Shown here one piece after another: positions 37,320-50,700 of a stretch of DNA of 64,000 nucleotides (positions are counted from its first letter, which is position 1; each line of letters begins with the position of its first letter). Source of the stretch: Vitrella brassicaformis CCMP3155 (Eukaryota > Protista > Chromerida); contig CDMY01000200.1 in NCBI GenBank assembly GCA_001179505.1, forward strand, positions 1 to 64,000, in the 5' to 3' direction. A program made the position numbers and the translations under genes. Below the pieces are notes generated by a model. It ran no database searches, was not told where the DNA came from, and saw only the letters and a program-made list of their open reading frames with translations.

Positions 37320-40300
37320 GAGGGGCATGACCACCCACCCTTCCGGACCCAGTCATCACACGCATCGTCGCTTGGCGTCTTGTTTTGTTTACAGCGCAGA
37401 GAGAGAGAGAGATCAGTCTTGAGTGCCGCTCACCTCACTTGTGCTGCAGCCACGTTTCTATCATCTGCAAACCGACTCACTCACTCAGGGTGTCGCATGT
37501 CAACAAGCGTCTCCGTGTCTCTCTCTTTCGTGTCAGTCAGTCACCTGTTTGTACGTGTCTGCACACCTGTGGATGGATTGCACTCCCACGAGGCTCACCC
37601 TCATGTTCTTCCCTAGCGCACGACCCAGCTGGGCCCTGTCAGCAGCACAACACAAACAGCACGGTGTGTGTGTGTGTGCGTGATCCTCTCGCCCTTCTAC
37701 CTGCTGAGTGCGAATATGACAGGCACCTCCTTCTTAGCGGCCCCCATCATCAGACACTTGACACGGTCCTCCAGCCCGCCTGCACATGATCAATACACAT
37801 TCTTTGCGCACCATGTGCTTCCCCTTTACCCCCTTGACTGACCTAGGCTGGTGATTTCTTCGATGTTTGGTGCCACCAGAATGACCTTGAGCCGCCCCAT
37901 GGCTAGCGCGCGGGACACCTCGCGCAGGCCAGTCAGGGCCACACGCCGATCCCTCGCAGACACTGCCGCTGCTGACGCTGATGCAGAGGAGGAGGCACCC
38001 TCAGACTACCACAGAAGGAAAAAAAAAAGACAGAGACGGATGAACGTGTCGGGGCTTTCTCTTGTGCTGATCTAGTTAGTTACTGTGGGTGTGGAGGGTC
38101 TGCTGGGCGGCAGGTCTGTCAACCTGGACCGGCACTCGAGCTTGCGCACGTCCCCCAGGAAATGGGCCACGGCATCGTCCAGATCAGCACTCATGGCCTG
38201 CACGGCCCTCCATCCATCAGTCACCAGACACATGATCCATTGTGCCATGCATTTCGATGCTGGTGGCCGGCCACGTACGTGGTCCATGAAGGTTCGGCGG
38301 TGGTAGCATATCCTGTGCGAGAAGAAGCGGCCTCCGCTCCCACGCTGAAGAACGAACGGGACATGAGGCACGAGACACGAGAGACGAGAGACGAGAGACG
38401 AGAGACAGGACATATGTCTCTCTGTGTGCGTCCATGTGTGTCTGTGTTTCGGTGTTGGTGTTGGTGTTGGCACCCGCACAGTGGTGTCAGGCTCTGGCTC
38501 CGACACATAACACATCTCGTTAGCAGCAGACATCCTGCACACACCACACACACAACAGACCACACACAGGATGGCCACTGGACCTTCCTGCCAGCCCTTC
38601 CACCCCCACTCACTCACCATGCCCCGTCGTTCTCCCACATGTGCAGCCGCAGGTCGTCCCTCGGCCAGTGGCTGGGCTCCCTGCCCCCTCTCACCCGTAC
38701 CGGCGGCGGCGACGGACACGACTTGCCCGCCGGATGGTGGGGATGCTGGGAGATGATGCTGTGGATCGGGTGCGTGGACGGCACCGCCACTGGTACTGGG
38801 GGGCCGGGAGGGCGCCTCACCGGTCGCCAGTAGGAGAAGGTGGCCTTGGGGCGACGGGAGGGCGGCAGGGAGGACGACAGAGCACAGTGATACCCCTGAT
38901 CGATCGATGGACAAAATGGATTGATTGACTTTTCCCGCCCGAATGCTGCAGTGCTGGTATGCGATGCGTACCTTGTTTCCAGTCCTGTGTTCGTCCTCTT
39001 CTTCGCCCGCAGAGGCTGTGTCGCGCAGCGATGGCGTGAGAAGGACGGATGTGGGGGAGGCGGAAGGGGAGAGGCTGGCGGACGAGGCGTTGTCGTCGTC
39101 ATTGGGGGGGCGGTGGGGATGTGTGGACGAGGAGGACGGGTGCAGACTGCCCGTCTCCTTCCTGCTCCTCTCGCGGATGATAATCTTCTTGAGCGATGTC
39201 ACCTTCTTCCGCCTGAGGCAGTGAGGGAAACAGATTTACACACAGCCGTCTGGCGATCGACGCATAAGTCACCTTCTCTTCCTCCTGAGGCCCCCGTCGT
39301 CCATGTCTCCGTCTGCCACAGACATGTCCGGCGGCCGCCAGCGGACAGGGCTCCCATACGCACGGCGAGACACGCACCCGTAGCCCACGCCAACACCCAC
39401 GTTGGGCACGTCCTACGCCACACACCCACACCCACACAATCACCCCATTCATCCCCCCATATTAATAAATGGACAGGCTGCAGAAGCCTCCTAATGCATT
39501 CTTACGTTCCTCTGCTGCCTCCGCAGGATGATCGGCGGCGGCGGGATGCTCCCGCATATGCCCATCTCGGGGTCCATGGGCCCACCACCCCACGGCATAC
39601 CCGGCCCACCTACTCCCATGCCCATTCCCATCCCCGGGCCCCGCCGTGGCGGGGGCGATATCGGCGGTGGGGGAGGTCTTGGGAGGATGCAGGGGTAGGA
39701 CAAGACCTGCAGGTACGGGTCCATGGTGTGAAGGCGATAGCCCTCGTCGAGAAAGCGGCCCGGTGGGGGGCCCGTGTAGAAGGGGTCGGGCGGCGGCATG
39801 TCACGGGGGCCGAAAAACGCTCCTTTGTACGAATTGAACGAACGCCGACTCTGGATACATACGGCACACACAAAGACAGCATATGGCTGTGTCGAGGCAA
39901 TATGCAGCTCGCTCACTCACCTCATATACCGGCGGTCCGGTGTGTGGGCGCATTGTGATGGGCAGCCGAGGAGGGGTGGGCAGCAGAGGTGGGGGTGCCG
40001 CCGGGTGGATGATCAGGGGGCCGCCTGGGTAGAGAGCATTCATGTGGACCGACGGCTGAGGCGGACGGATGGACTGCTGCTGGTGTTGGTGCTCGTCGCG
40101 ATGATGATGATGATGATGATGACCTGCATGCACACACATAAACGTCGATGGATGTATCCTCACAGCCCCATTGTGCTCCATTCTCACCATTGGTGTGTGC
40201 GTATTGCGATGTGGGGGCGTAGCTATCAGGCTGGGTGTTCTGCAAGGGAAATGGCCCACTATCCATCATCAGCATATCGTCAAACCTCTCATGAAGCCCC

Positions 40301-41554
40301 GGCCCGGGCCCACTCCCCACCCCGTCCTCTTCCCAGCACACACACCCGCCATGACCCCCACCAACACCAACGCCACCATCAGCCACAGGGACATCCATGT
40401 CATATCCGCCGACAGAAAACCCCCTCCTGTCAGAAAACCCCTGCTGCTGCTGATGCTGATGCTGATGCTGCACAAACCTCGGCTCCTCCAGCAAATGGTG
40501 CCTCCGGTCCTCCCAGCCGTGTCTCTCGCCTCGCCTGGGATGGCTCGGCTCGTCGAAGGAGGGGATGTCCTCCTGGATCGTGTGGATGCGCATCGGCTGG
40601 TGGTCGATCAGAGGGCCGCTGTCTGCCGATGGGCAAGGGAGATGATGCTGTATGTGCGGACGAGGGTTCGGGTGCGATTCGGGAGGTCTGCTGTCTTTCC
40701 TGCTGGGGGTCGATGGCCAGTCTGGGACGGGACGGCTGGAGAGAGAGAGGGGGCCGTTGAGGTCACGGCCCATCCGCCAGATCTCTGAGCGAGGGGGACG
40801 GTCAAGACATCATCCTTCGTAAGAGAAACTGGTGGGTGTTGTCTATGGTCTATGGCTGACCATCGAGGTACTCGAGCAGTTCCCTGTCGTCGTCTTCATC
40901 GTTGACGCCAGGGGCTATGGTGGCCCTCCGCTGCAGCAGCGAATCACCACCATCCTCCTCGCTGTCAAACGTCGAACGCGACACCATCTGAGACTCTCAC
41001 ACACAAAGAGACACAGATTCATGAGCTGGCCCAGGCCAACAACAGCATCATTCAGTCGCGCACCAGCCTGTTGCCCCCTATGTTGTCGTGCTGGTAGTAT
41101 GACTGTGAGGGCGTCGGCTCCTCGGGCAGCGTCGGAGAGCGGGCAGAGGCCGACGGCTCCCGCGAGAGAGTGCCGCCGCCCACAGGGCCTGCAGACTCTG
41201 AGAATGCAGAAATGCAGACATCTCGCAAGAAAGCGTTCTTGTCTTTCTTGCGAGTTCGTACCGCTGATGAAGCACCCCAAGGGATTGTCCCGGCCATCCC
41301 AGGGCGTCGGTAGGCCGTCGTCGGACGCCATCGAGCCTCTATCTGACATGACGATGCATGCACACACAGAGGGAACGAGGCAAATCAATCTCATCAACCA
41401 TTGTAGAGTCTGGCACACACATGCATCTGCCTGCACACCGACACATATATCTGTGCTGTGCTGTGCTGCTTTCGTGTAAGTACTCGCAGCTAGCTGTGCA
41501 GACAGACAAAGCCCCATTGCCACCACCGTCCCACCTTTTGTCTTACCGCTTCAT
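37320..41554 (-). CDS. SBP2: SECIS-binding protein 2 (SBP2/SECISBP2) with a long low-complexity N-terminus
   Basis: KKVTSLKKIIIRERSRKE (SID-like), RFFSHRICYH, MSADLDDAVAHFLGDVRKLE, and an L7Ae domain RRVALTGLREVSRALAMGRLKVILVAPNIEEITSL|GGLEDRVKCLMMGAAKKEVPVIFALSR|AQLGRALGKNMRVSLVGVQS. Both termini are approximate. Confidence 0.85.
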
Positions 41555-41844
41555 TCGGCTCGGCGTCTGCACGACGGTCTTCAGGGCAAAATCAGCCAAG
41601 AAATGACAAGCTACTCATTTCCATATACAAACACAGGCACGTACAGTACGGAAAAGAAAAGACATCGTCGATTCGAATTTTTGATCTCGCATCGTGCCCC
41701 CACCGGCGTCTTGGGGGCGAGCGCGCTCGACTGCGTCTTCGCCCGACAAAACAGACGCACAGGAGAGTTCTGGTCCCCAGCATTAACAGACAACCTCAGC
41801 TCTGATTACAAGTCTAGGGTTCTGACACATCCGTACAATCAGTC

Positions 41845-43883
41845 ATGGCTCCTCCGGGGGTGCAGCCTCAGCACGGGGGCATGACACAGACGGCCACTGA
41901 GGCGCCTGCCCAGCAGTTCGCAGCCCAGCCGCGAGCAGTCGGACCCAGGAAGAAGTATCGCAGCGATGAGCCCGAGGAGTGAGCCACGAGCCCCAATAAT
42001 GAATGACGTCTACTGCATACTTCATTCTTGTATCGTTTGCTCACCTTCCTTCTGCAGCACGAGCAAGAATCTGATGTTCAATAAACGCGTGATTCGAGGC
42101 AACACATACGCCGCCATCACGGCGCCGCAGGTAAGGCAATGGAATGGCCAACGGAATCGCTTTGTCTGAGAGGTAGAGTGGCGTGGGGGGTTCGGGTGAT
42201 GCAGCCTGATCCAGTCCAGATAGCGAAAGAGCGGGAGGCGCAGCGTCGTAGACTCCTGAGGGCGCAGCAGGCCGGCACGGGGGGCCCCGGCACCGCCCCT
42301 GTGCGGCAGAGGACACCTGACCCACCCCTTGGACGACAGCACATCGATGTGCAGACAGACAGGTCAGTCAGTCGGCCACACACGGACAAACAAGAGGGAG
42401 ACGGTGCAGCGCTATGAGTCAGTCGGTGGCTCTTGTGTGTGTTTGTGTAGGTATTTGGAGGAAATCACGGATCGTGCCATCCAGTTTGACGCCCTGACGC
42501 AGACTGAGTTGATGCTCGATCGGCCGCCGTCGCCGCTCTTCATGCCCGCCAAGATTGGGGTGGACGTCAGCACCCAGATCAAGGAGGGGGAGCTGTTCGA
42601 CTTTGACCGGTGAGTCAGAGTCAGCACACACAGCGTACACAACAGCCAGCCATGCGCTTCTCTCCTTCAGTGAGGTGGAGCCCATCTTGGAGGTGTTGGT
42701 GGCCAAGACGCTGGAGCAGTCCATGATGGAGGTCTGTCTGTCTGTCTCTGCCAGCCGATCTCCTTGTCAGTCGCATAAAAGCTGTGTGTCTGTCTTTGTC
42801 CACAGGTGTTGGAGGAGGAGGAGCTGGCAGCGATCCGACAGCACCAGGAGGACTTCGACCGCTCGCGCAACAGCGACTTGCTCGAGGTCCAGCGCATGGA
42901 GGCCTCCGAGAAAAGACGACACGACGAACTGGTGCGCACACAGGCCAGATCGGCCTGCCTGCCTGCCTGCCTGCCTGTCCTCTTCATGTGCCGTGTCTCC
43001 CTGGCCTGTTTCTACGTGTGCAGTTGCGTCGCAAGGCCCAGGCTCAGGCTCGTGCCAAGCAGCAGGCCATTGTGTTCAAGAAGCTGCTGGCCCGCGACCT
43101 CAGCCGCACATACCTCGGGGCACTTCAGGAAAGGGCACTCGACGGACTCGACGCGGCAGGTTCGACGGACAGAAGGGGGAGAGACACACTACACTTCTGG
43201 GGTGAGGTCTGTCTGTCGGTCGGTCTTGCAGGTGTGTTCCAAGACCCTGTGGGGGTGTCGGTTGAGGCCAACTTCATCCCCTGGCTGCTCGACAACGTTG
43301 TGCACCGGGTACATACTCGACAAGAGACACGAGCCCGGCGAATGAATAAACCGATAGATACCTGTGTGTGTGTGTGTGGATTGATGCGCCACGTGCAGGT
43401 TGAGGCCGACAGCCAGGTGTACTCTTCAGTGTTGCAAAAGGCCCTGGAGCAAGCCGTCGAGAACATCGCCGCTCAGCACCAACCGGGACTGCAAGCGTAC
43501 ACAACATACTCTCACACACTCTCACACAACACAACAGCACAAACACATTCCCTCCCACTCTATCTCCGTGTCTCTCCAGTGAGCGTGACGCAGTCGAGAA
43601 GGAATGGGACGAGAAGACCGCCGCCATTCGTGCACGCGAGCAGGTACACATACCCACCCCCACACACAGCCATCTCGCTTGTCATGTCTCTCCCTCCCTC
43701 TCTCCTCAGGCCATCCGTGAGGCGCAGGAGGCCGAGGAGCGTCGCATCCGGGAGGAGGCGGAGGCGGCCGCCGCCGCCGAGGAAGCGGAGAGGCAGCGGT
43801 TGGCGGCCGAGGCGGCCGAGAGGGAGGGCGAAGAGGGGGAGGGGGAGGGAGACGAGGAGGGGGAGGGGGACGAGGAAGGATAG
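41845..43883 (+). CDS. RSP3: Radial spoke protein 3
   Basis: FAAQPRAVGPRKKYR, NLMFNKRVIRGNTYA, GRQHIDVQTD|RYLEEITDR, DRPPSPLFMPAKIGVDVSTQIKEGELFDFD|EVEPILEVLVAKTLEQSMME|VLEEEELAAIR, followed by an acidic tail. Confidence 0.95.
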
Positions 43884-44701
43884 CTAGATAGAGAGACTGT
43901 CGTGATACATACATAGGAGACCATGTATGTGTGTGTGTGTGTCTGTGTGGACGAACGAACCGTCGGCGGTCAACGAAATGCAACGAAATGCCGTCCCTAT
44001 AGTCAGTTAATTAGCAGTCAGGGTGCCTGAGTGACAGGCGAGAGAGTCCGTCACGTTGCTGGCACTACAGACGGTGCTGTGCTGCAGCTACGCCATCCTC
44101 GCTCGAGAGAGATCGAGGGGTCTCTACCGGCAGGCAACTCACATAGGCAGCAGCCAGAGAAGAGAGACACAGAAGCAGGCAGACAGTCAGACATGGACTG
44201 GCCGCACTAATTAGACAGACAGACAGACAGACGGGCAGCACTCGATCAGATAGGGTAGTAGGCAAAAACAAGAGGAGCACGAGACAAGACACGATAGATA
44301 CGGCAGAAGGATGTGCCACATAGATGTGATGCACTGCGTCGTGGCAGGACGGCTGGCGATCAGACAACCGGAATGTTTTGCCATTCGGTTGCCCAGTCAC
44401 CAACCCCGCTGCCCCGCGGCAACACATCAACACATCTATCGATGGTCGACATCATGGCCCATCCAGAGACGTTCACACGAACAGAAAGCTTCCTCCCGTC
44501 TGGCTGGGCTGTATATACACACACGCCGGCACGCAGCGCAGATGTATGTGCTTCCTCGCTGCTGCGTTTCTTTCTCTGGCTATTCACAACCGCCGTCCGC
44601 CCGCACACAGAACGGCCCGGGCAAAAGCATACTTACGACCCACAGATAAAGAGGCAGGCAGGCAGGCCTTCCTCCCTGCTGAGTCTGTCTATGTGTGTGT
44701 T

Positions 44702-45899
44702 TCAGAGCTCGTCCTTGTCGCCCTCGGTGTCTGCGATTGAGACCATGTAGGTGAGCACGTTCTTGCGCTGCGTGACCCAGGTCTTCTTGTCGGCAGCCAT
44801 CGAACCCGCACCGATCTTCGTCAGCCTCTCCTGCGACAGACACGTCGGCCAGATGCACACAGAGGGAATGGATGACGGTGTGTGTGTTCTGGGTGTCGTG
44901 AAGAGAGTGGTCAGTTACCAGTTCTTTCTTCCACTCTTTGAGTCCCTCCTTGGGGTCGGTGCCCATCTTGTCGAGCATCTTCTTGTAGAACTTGGCCACC
45001 TTCTCCATCGAAGGCTGAACACACACAACACACACAAAACACACAACACACACACGTACACACAGACTCAGATGTACCCATCGTCCAATATATCCCGCCC
45101 ATCCGTCACCCACCCGACTCACACCGTCACTCACCTTCTGCTTTGCGATTTCGTCGTCGACTTTCTTCATAGCCCCGTCGAAGCACTCCTTCTTGCCCTT
45201 TGCGCACTGTGCGTACTCCTTGATGAGCGGCTCGAGTGCGGTGATCTTGCCGGCCTCCTCCTTGAGGTCCCCGCCCTTCTTGCGGAAGGTGCCCGCCTTC
45301 TGGTTGACGAACTCCACCATCGGGTCGGCCTCCCGGCCGCCGTCGTACGGCTCGCTCTCTGTCTTGCCCTTGGGGAAGAACCTAGCACACACAAACAAAC
45401 AGGGGGTAGAGACGTCTGTGTGTGTCTTGTGTTGTGTTGTGTGGTGTTTACTTGAGCGTGGGGTAGCCCCTGACTTCATATTTGTCAGACAGTTCCCTCT
45501 CGACAGTTGAGTCGACCTTGGCAATGACGACATCGTCTTCGTCCTTGAAGGTGGCCGCCACCTCCTCCCACGCAGGAGCCATGCGCTTGCAGTGACCGCA
45601 CCCTGATTGACGACGAGAGATCAGCACACACACACGTGCAGGCAGGGCGGAGGTGGGATGTGATGTGCTCTCAGATCTGTGCTCACATGGCGCGTAGAAC
45701 TTCACGAAGACGTTCTTGCTTCCTGCAACGCACACGCACAACCACAACACACGCAAGGCTGATGCGCATCAGCGGCACTCTCGGCTATCCCCGTCACCCC
45801 ACCGTCCACATAAGAGGTGAAGTTGTCGTTTGTCAGGATGGCCACGTCGCTGGCGACGGCCGATGCAAAAGCACCGAGAACAACGAGCAGACTCAGCAT
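44702..45899 (-). CDS. Protein disulfide isomerase with a single thioredoxin domain plus an ERp29-type helical C-terminal domain and KDEL
   Basis: Signal peptide [16 protein letters not shown]; [18 protein letters not shown] formed across an intron; RGYPTLK; helical tail [12 protein letters not shown]...ERLTKI...QRKNVLTYM; C-terminus GDKDEL*. Confidence 0.9.
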
Positions 45900-46168
45900 T
45901 CTGGCACACAAACAGGCAGATATCTCCGAGCACACCAACACACGTGTTGCGAATGCGAGCTTGGTGGAGATCTGCACACCTCTCCGAAACAGAGGACAAC
46001 GGCAGATCTGAGCCGAGCAGCAGCATCAGAGGGCCTACAGCCCGGCGAAAACACCCACAAGCCCCGACACACCAATCGACGAACGACCACCCTCATCCCT
46101 CCCTCCCTCCCCTGACGTGGCTGCTGCGGACCAACCAACGGTGAAGCGCCTCGCTCGGCTCATCGACC

Positions 46169-47747
46169 ATGAGCGCAGCGCTGAAAGAGATGAACAAGAG
46201 CGCCACTTTGGCGTGGTGTCCTCTGAAGGCGCAGCCGAACCTGCTGGCGCTGGGGTCGATGGGGATGGAGCCGTCCCTCGACTTCTGCGACTTCCAGCTG
46301 TCCCAGCCCTCCAAGGACATCTTCTGCAGGGCATCCTGCCCCGTCGAGAGGCGGTTCCACTGCATCACCTGGGGCAGCCTCGGCAAGGACTCGGGCAGCT
46401 TCCCGACGGGCATCCTGGCGGGAGGCATGGAAGGGGGATATGTCACGCTGTGGAACCCAGAGTCCATACTCAGGTAGTGGGGGAGAGAGAGAGAAAGAGA
46501 GAGGGAGAAGCACAGAGGAAACATGCACACACACGCACTCTACAGGGAGGCATCTGATAGTTGATTCCTTCCCTGCCGTGTGTCTGTCGTGTGTCGGTGT
46601 GTCTGTGTGTTGTGTGTGACGGTGTCCCTCCCACCGATGCACTCACTGCAGGTCTGGTGGTCAGGACCCCGGTATGGTTCAGAACCGGCAGGTGCACAAG
46701 GGGTCGGTGACGGCCCTGGAGTTCAACCCCTTCAGGTCTAACCTCCTCGCCTCCTGCGGCGCCGACTCACAGGTCGCTCACACAGACAGCCAGCCACAGA
46801 GGGAGGGAGTGGGATCCGGACAGTGGTGCGTGTGTATGTATGTGTGTGTGTGTATTGCGTTGTGCACTGCAGGTGCACATCATCAACATCGAGAACCCCG
46901 CCAATCCTGAGATCTACGAGCCGGGATCCACACAACGTATGTATCCGACAAAAGACATCGGCAGGCAGCACAATGAATGCACCCTCTCTCTCTTTGTCTG
47001 TGCGTGTGTGTGCCACGTGTGTCTGCAGAGAGCGAGCATGACGGTCACGGTGCGGGGGAGGTGACATGTCTGGAGTGGAACAGGAAGGTGCAGCACATCC
47101 TGGCCTCGGCTTCCAACACGGGAGTCACCACCATATGGGACCTCAAAATGAAGAAGCCAGCCATCAGGTGGGTGGGCTTAAGAGGGAGGAAGGCATGGGT
47201 GGGTGACATATCATCAGATCAGAGGCTCCATATGTCTGTCTGTTTATGTGGCTGGTGTGGCTGGTGTGGCTGACCCTTTGTGTGTCAGTTTCCGCGACCC
47301 TGCAAATCGGCAGAGGTGTTCGTCGCTCGCGTGGAACCCTGAAGTGGTGAGATAGAATGGACAGAAGGACAGAAGGGGGAGGGAGGAGATCCATCCAATC
47401 CACCGATCCACCGACCTGTGCACGTGGTCTCGATGTGTGTCGTTGCAATGAACGCATTGCAGGCGACTCAGATACTGGTTGCCTACGACGACGACAGGAA
47501 TCCCAGCCTGCAGGTGAGGGAATGAGTGAGTGACTGAGTCATCCCTCACCACCACACTTGACTGACACACGACCTGTGACTTGTTCTGCATCCGTGTCTG
47601 TCAGGTGTGGGATTTGCGCAACGCCAACTACCCATTCAAGGAGACAGCGGGGCACTCCAAGGGGGTCCTCGACGTCGCATGGAACCTCATGGACCCTAAC
47701 CTTATGGTAAGGCGGGCGGCTTGACACGACACACACACACACACACA

Positions 47748-47779
<32 letters not shown>

Positions 47780-50700
47780 CGGGCGAGGATGTGTGTCTTC
47801 CTTTGTGTGTGTATGGCTGCTGTCTGTCTGTCAGCTGTCGTGCGGCAAGGACAATCGTACGGTGTGTTGGGTCTTCAGCAGCGGCCAGCCAGAGGTCTTC
47901 TCAGAGGTCAGTGAATCGCACATAACAGACAGACAGGCCCAACGATTGTTTCACGTTGCGTACTGTGTCTGTGTGTGTGTGGTGCAGACGATCACCCAGC
48001 AGTGGAACTTCCAGGTGCGGTGGGCGCCAAACATCCCCGCCGTATTCGCAGGCGCATCCCACCTCGACAAGGTCACGCTCCCTCCCCCTCCCCCTATCCC
48101 TCTCCCTCTCCCTCACCCACCCTCATGAACGAACAGACCAACCAACCAACCATTTCCCCTCGTCGTCTCCTTCCCTCTCTGTATGGTGTGCAATGCAGGT
48201 GGCCATATACTCGATGCAGCAGTCCCGCAACGCCGGTGTGCGGTACGCCCCCAGGTGGTTCCAGCGACCAGCCGGCGTGTCGTTTGGGTTCGGCGGCCGG
48301 CTGGCCTCATTCGGCCGCAACGAGAGCGGCCAGGCCACGGCCATCAACATGCACATCGTTCCCAGCGAGCCCGAGATCGTCGCTGAGGCGGATATGGTGA
48401 GGGGAGGGGGGCATGGGAGGGATGGGAGGGATGGGCGCGACGCTCAGTGGCGTATGAGATTGGTCTTTCTTTGTGTGTGTGGTGTGGTGTGGTGTGGTGT
48501 GTGACCGCAGTTTGAGCAGCTGCAGTCGACTGGCGACTACACGGGCTACTGCCAAAAGAAGGTTAGCTAGCTGGGGAGAGACAGACGGGGGCGGTGCGAT
48601 GCCTTACCGACACATACATCTGTGTGTGTGTTGTGGTTGTGGTGTGTGCAGATCGACACCACCCAGGATGAGCACGAGAAGCTCACGTGGAAGCTCGTCC
48701 AACTGCTCTTCCAAAAGGTATGAATGAAGTCTTCCACGCACGACCGGCACACAATGCATTCGGCCCATCCCGATCTCTCTGTCTCTCTCTGTGTGTATGT
48801 GTGTGTGTGTGTGAGCAGGGCGAGAATCGTCCTCAAGTGGTGGCGCATCTGGGCTTCGACGCACAAGCCATCCTCGCCAAAGCAGAGCAGGTGAGCGTTC
48901 GGGCGCATCCTCCCCAGCACACACCACATCACACGCCCACACACATCCCTTTGTTTGGTGTCCGTGTGTCGTCCATCCATCCCATCGATGGACCAGTTTT
49001 TAGGCAAGAAGCCAGGTTCGATATTGGCTGACGACAGCGACCCCACTGGTGGGTCGGCGCCCTCGTCCACCATACCGCAGTCGCCATCGCTGGGGCCGGA
49101 GGTCGACGCCGAATGTGCGCATAGGACACGGATACACACACACACGCACACACACGCACACACACAGAGAGACGGGCGAGCATGACATTGTCTTTGTCTG
49201 TGTCTGTGTTCGTGTGTTGCGCCTTTGTTCGCAGCGTTCTTCGAGAATTTGGCCCAGAATCAGGACAAGGAGAAGCACGTCGCCAAGCCACAAAGTGAGT
49301 GGGGAGTGGGCAAGCCCGCACAGCACAGCACAGCACAGCACGCACGCCGCGCCAAGGCAAGGCAAGGCAACCGCATGCTATGCTGGTCGTTGGGCTGTCT
49401 GTTTGTTGCTCAGCTCCCGCGCAATCCACCCCGGCTGTGCAAGTGTCCGATTGGAGTGAGTGACGAAAGCCGGACACACTGCACGGGCACACGACACGAG
49501 CAGAACGACCCCACCAATGCCAATCTCTCCCCTTCTGTCTGTCCCTCTGTGCATCTCTCTCTCTCTCTTGCTGGATGGATGAATGTCAGACGTTGGCCCT
49601 GAGGCGCTGATCAAGAAGGCACTGATGATCGGCGACCTCCCTGCTGCCGTCGAGTGCTGCCTCAAAAGCGGACGCATGGTCAGCCAACCGACCACCCTCC
49701 CTCCCTCCCTCCCTCCACCACCACTCTTTGTTTGGCCCACCACTCTTTGTTTGGCTGTGCCTGTGAGTGAGTCTAGGCTGATGCGTTGCTGTTGGCGTCT
49801 GGTGGCGGCGAGAAGCTGTGGGACAAGACCAGGCAGGAGTACCTCAAGAGGCAGACCGACCCGTTCCTCAAGGTACGCTGCTAAGGCAAGGCAAGGCAAG
49901 GCAAGCTGTGTGTGCATTGGTTGGTATCTCTGTCTACGCCTCTGTCTGTGTGTGCGTGTGTGTGTGCGTGTGTGTGTGTGTGTTCACTTATCAGACTGTG
50001 GGCTACATCATGACACATGAGTTTGAAACGCTCGTCAGCAACTCGGACCTCAACGAGTGGCAGGTAGGGAGGGAGGGAGGGGAGGCCAGCGACCAACCAA
50101 CAAAACATGTGTACTCGTCAATGCCTTCATGCGTGTGTATGCCTGTCTGCCTGTCTGTCTGTTTGGGTGCGTGGCGTGCAGGAGACGCTGGCCATCCTCT
50201 CCACCTACGCCCCCATCCAGAAATACCCCTCCCTATGCGGTAAGCAAGCAAAAAGAACAAATCAAAAGGACACCATCACACAATGGCTCACCTCCTCCCC
50301 CATTGCCCCACACCGCCCACAGAGCATTTGGCGTCCCGTCTTCAAAACGAGAAGTTCGACATTCGTGCGGCGGTGGTGTGTTACCTGTGTGCGGGCAACT
50401 TCAACGACACCGTCCAGATCTGGTCAAATATGGTGCCCAGCCAGGGCAGCCTCACCTCGGGGCTGCAGGACCTTGTCGAGAAAATGGCCGTCCTCAAGGT
50501 GAGATGGGGTGGGCAGCTGGCTGGCTGCCTGATGGGCACATGAGCAGATCGGCACACAAAGAGGGAGAGAGAGGGGGGAGAGACGTGTGTGTTTTCTATT
50601 ATGTGTGTGTGTGTGTGTGTGTGTGTTTCAGTTTGCGACAGAGTTCAACGGGCATGATGAAATGTTCAGCCGAAAGCTCACGTGAGAGATGAAACCAAGA

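Noticed and set aside
40784-40851. In-frame TGA followed by TGT in the SBP2 5' region, suggesting selenocysteine or readthrough
   Set aside because: A 76-nt GT-AG intron with a good pyrimidine tract (acceptor at ~40784) removes the TGA and keeps the frame.
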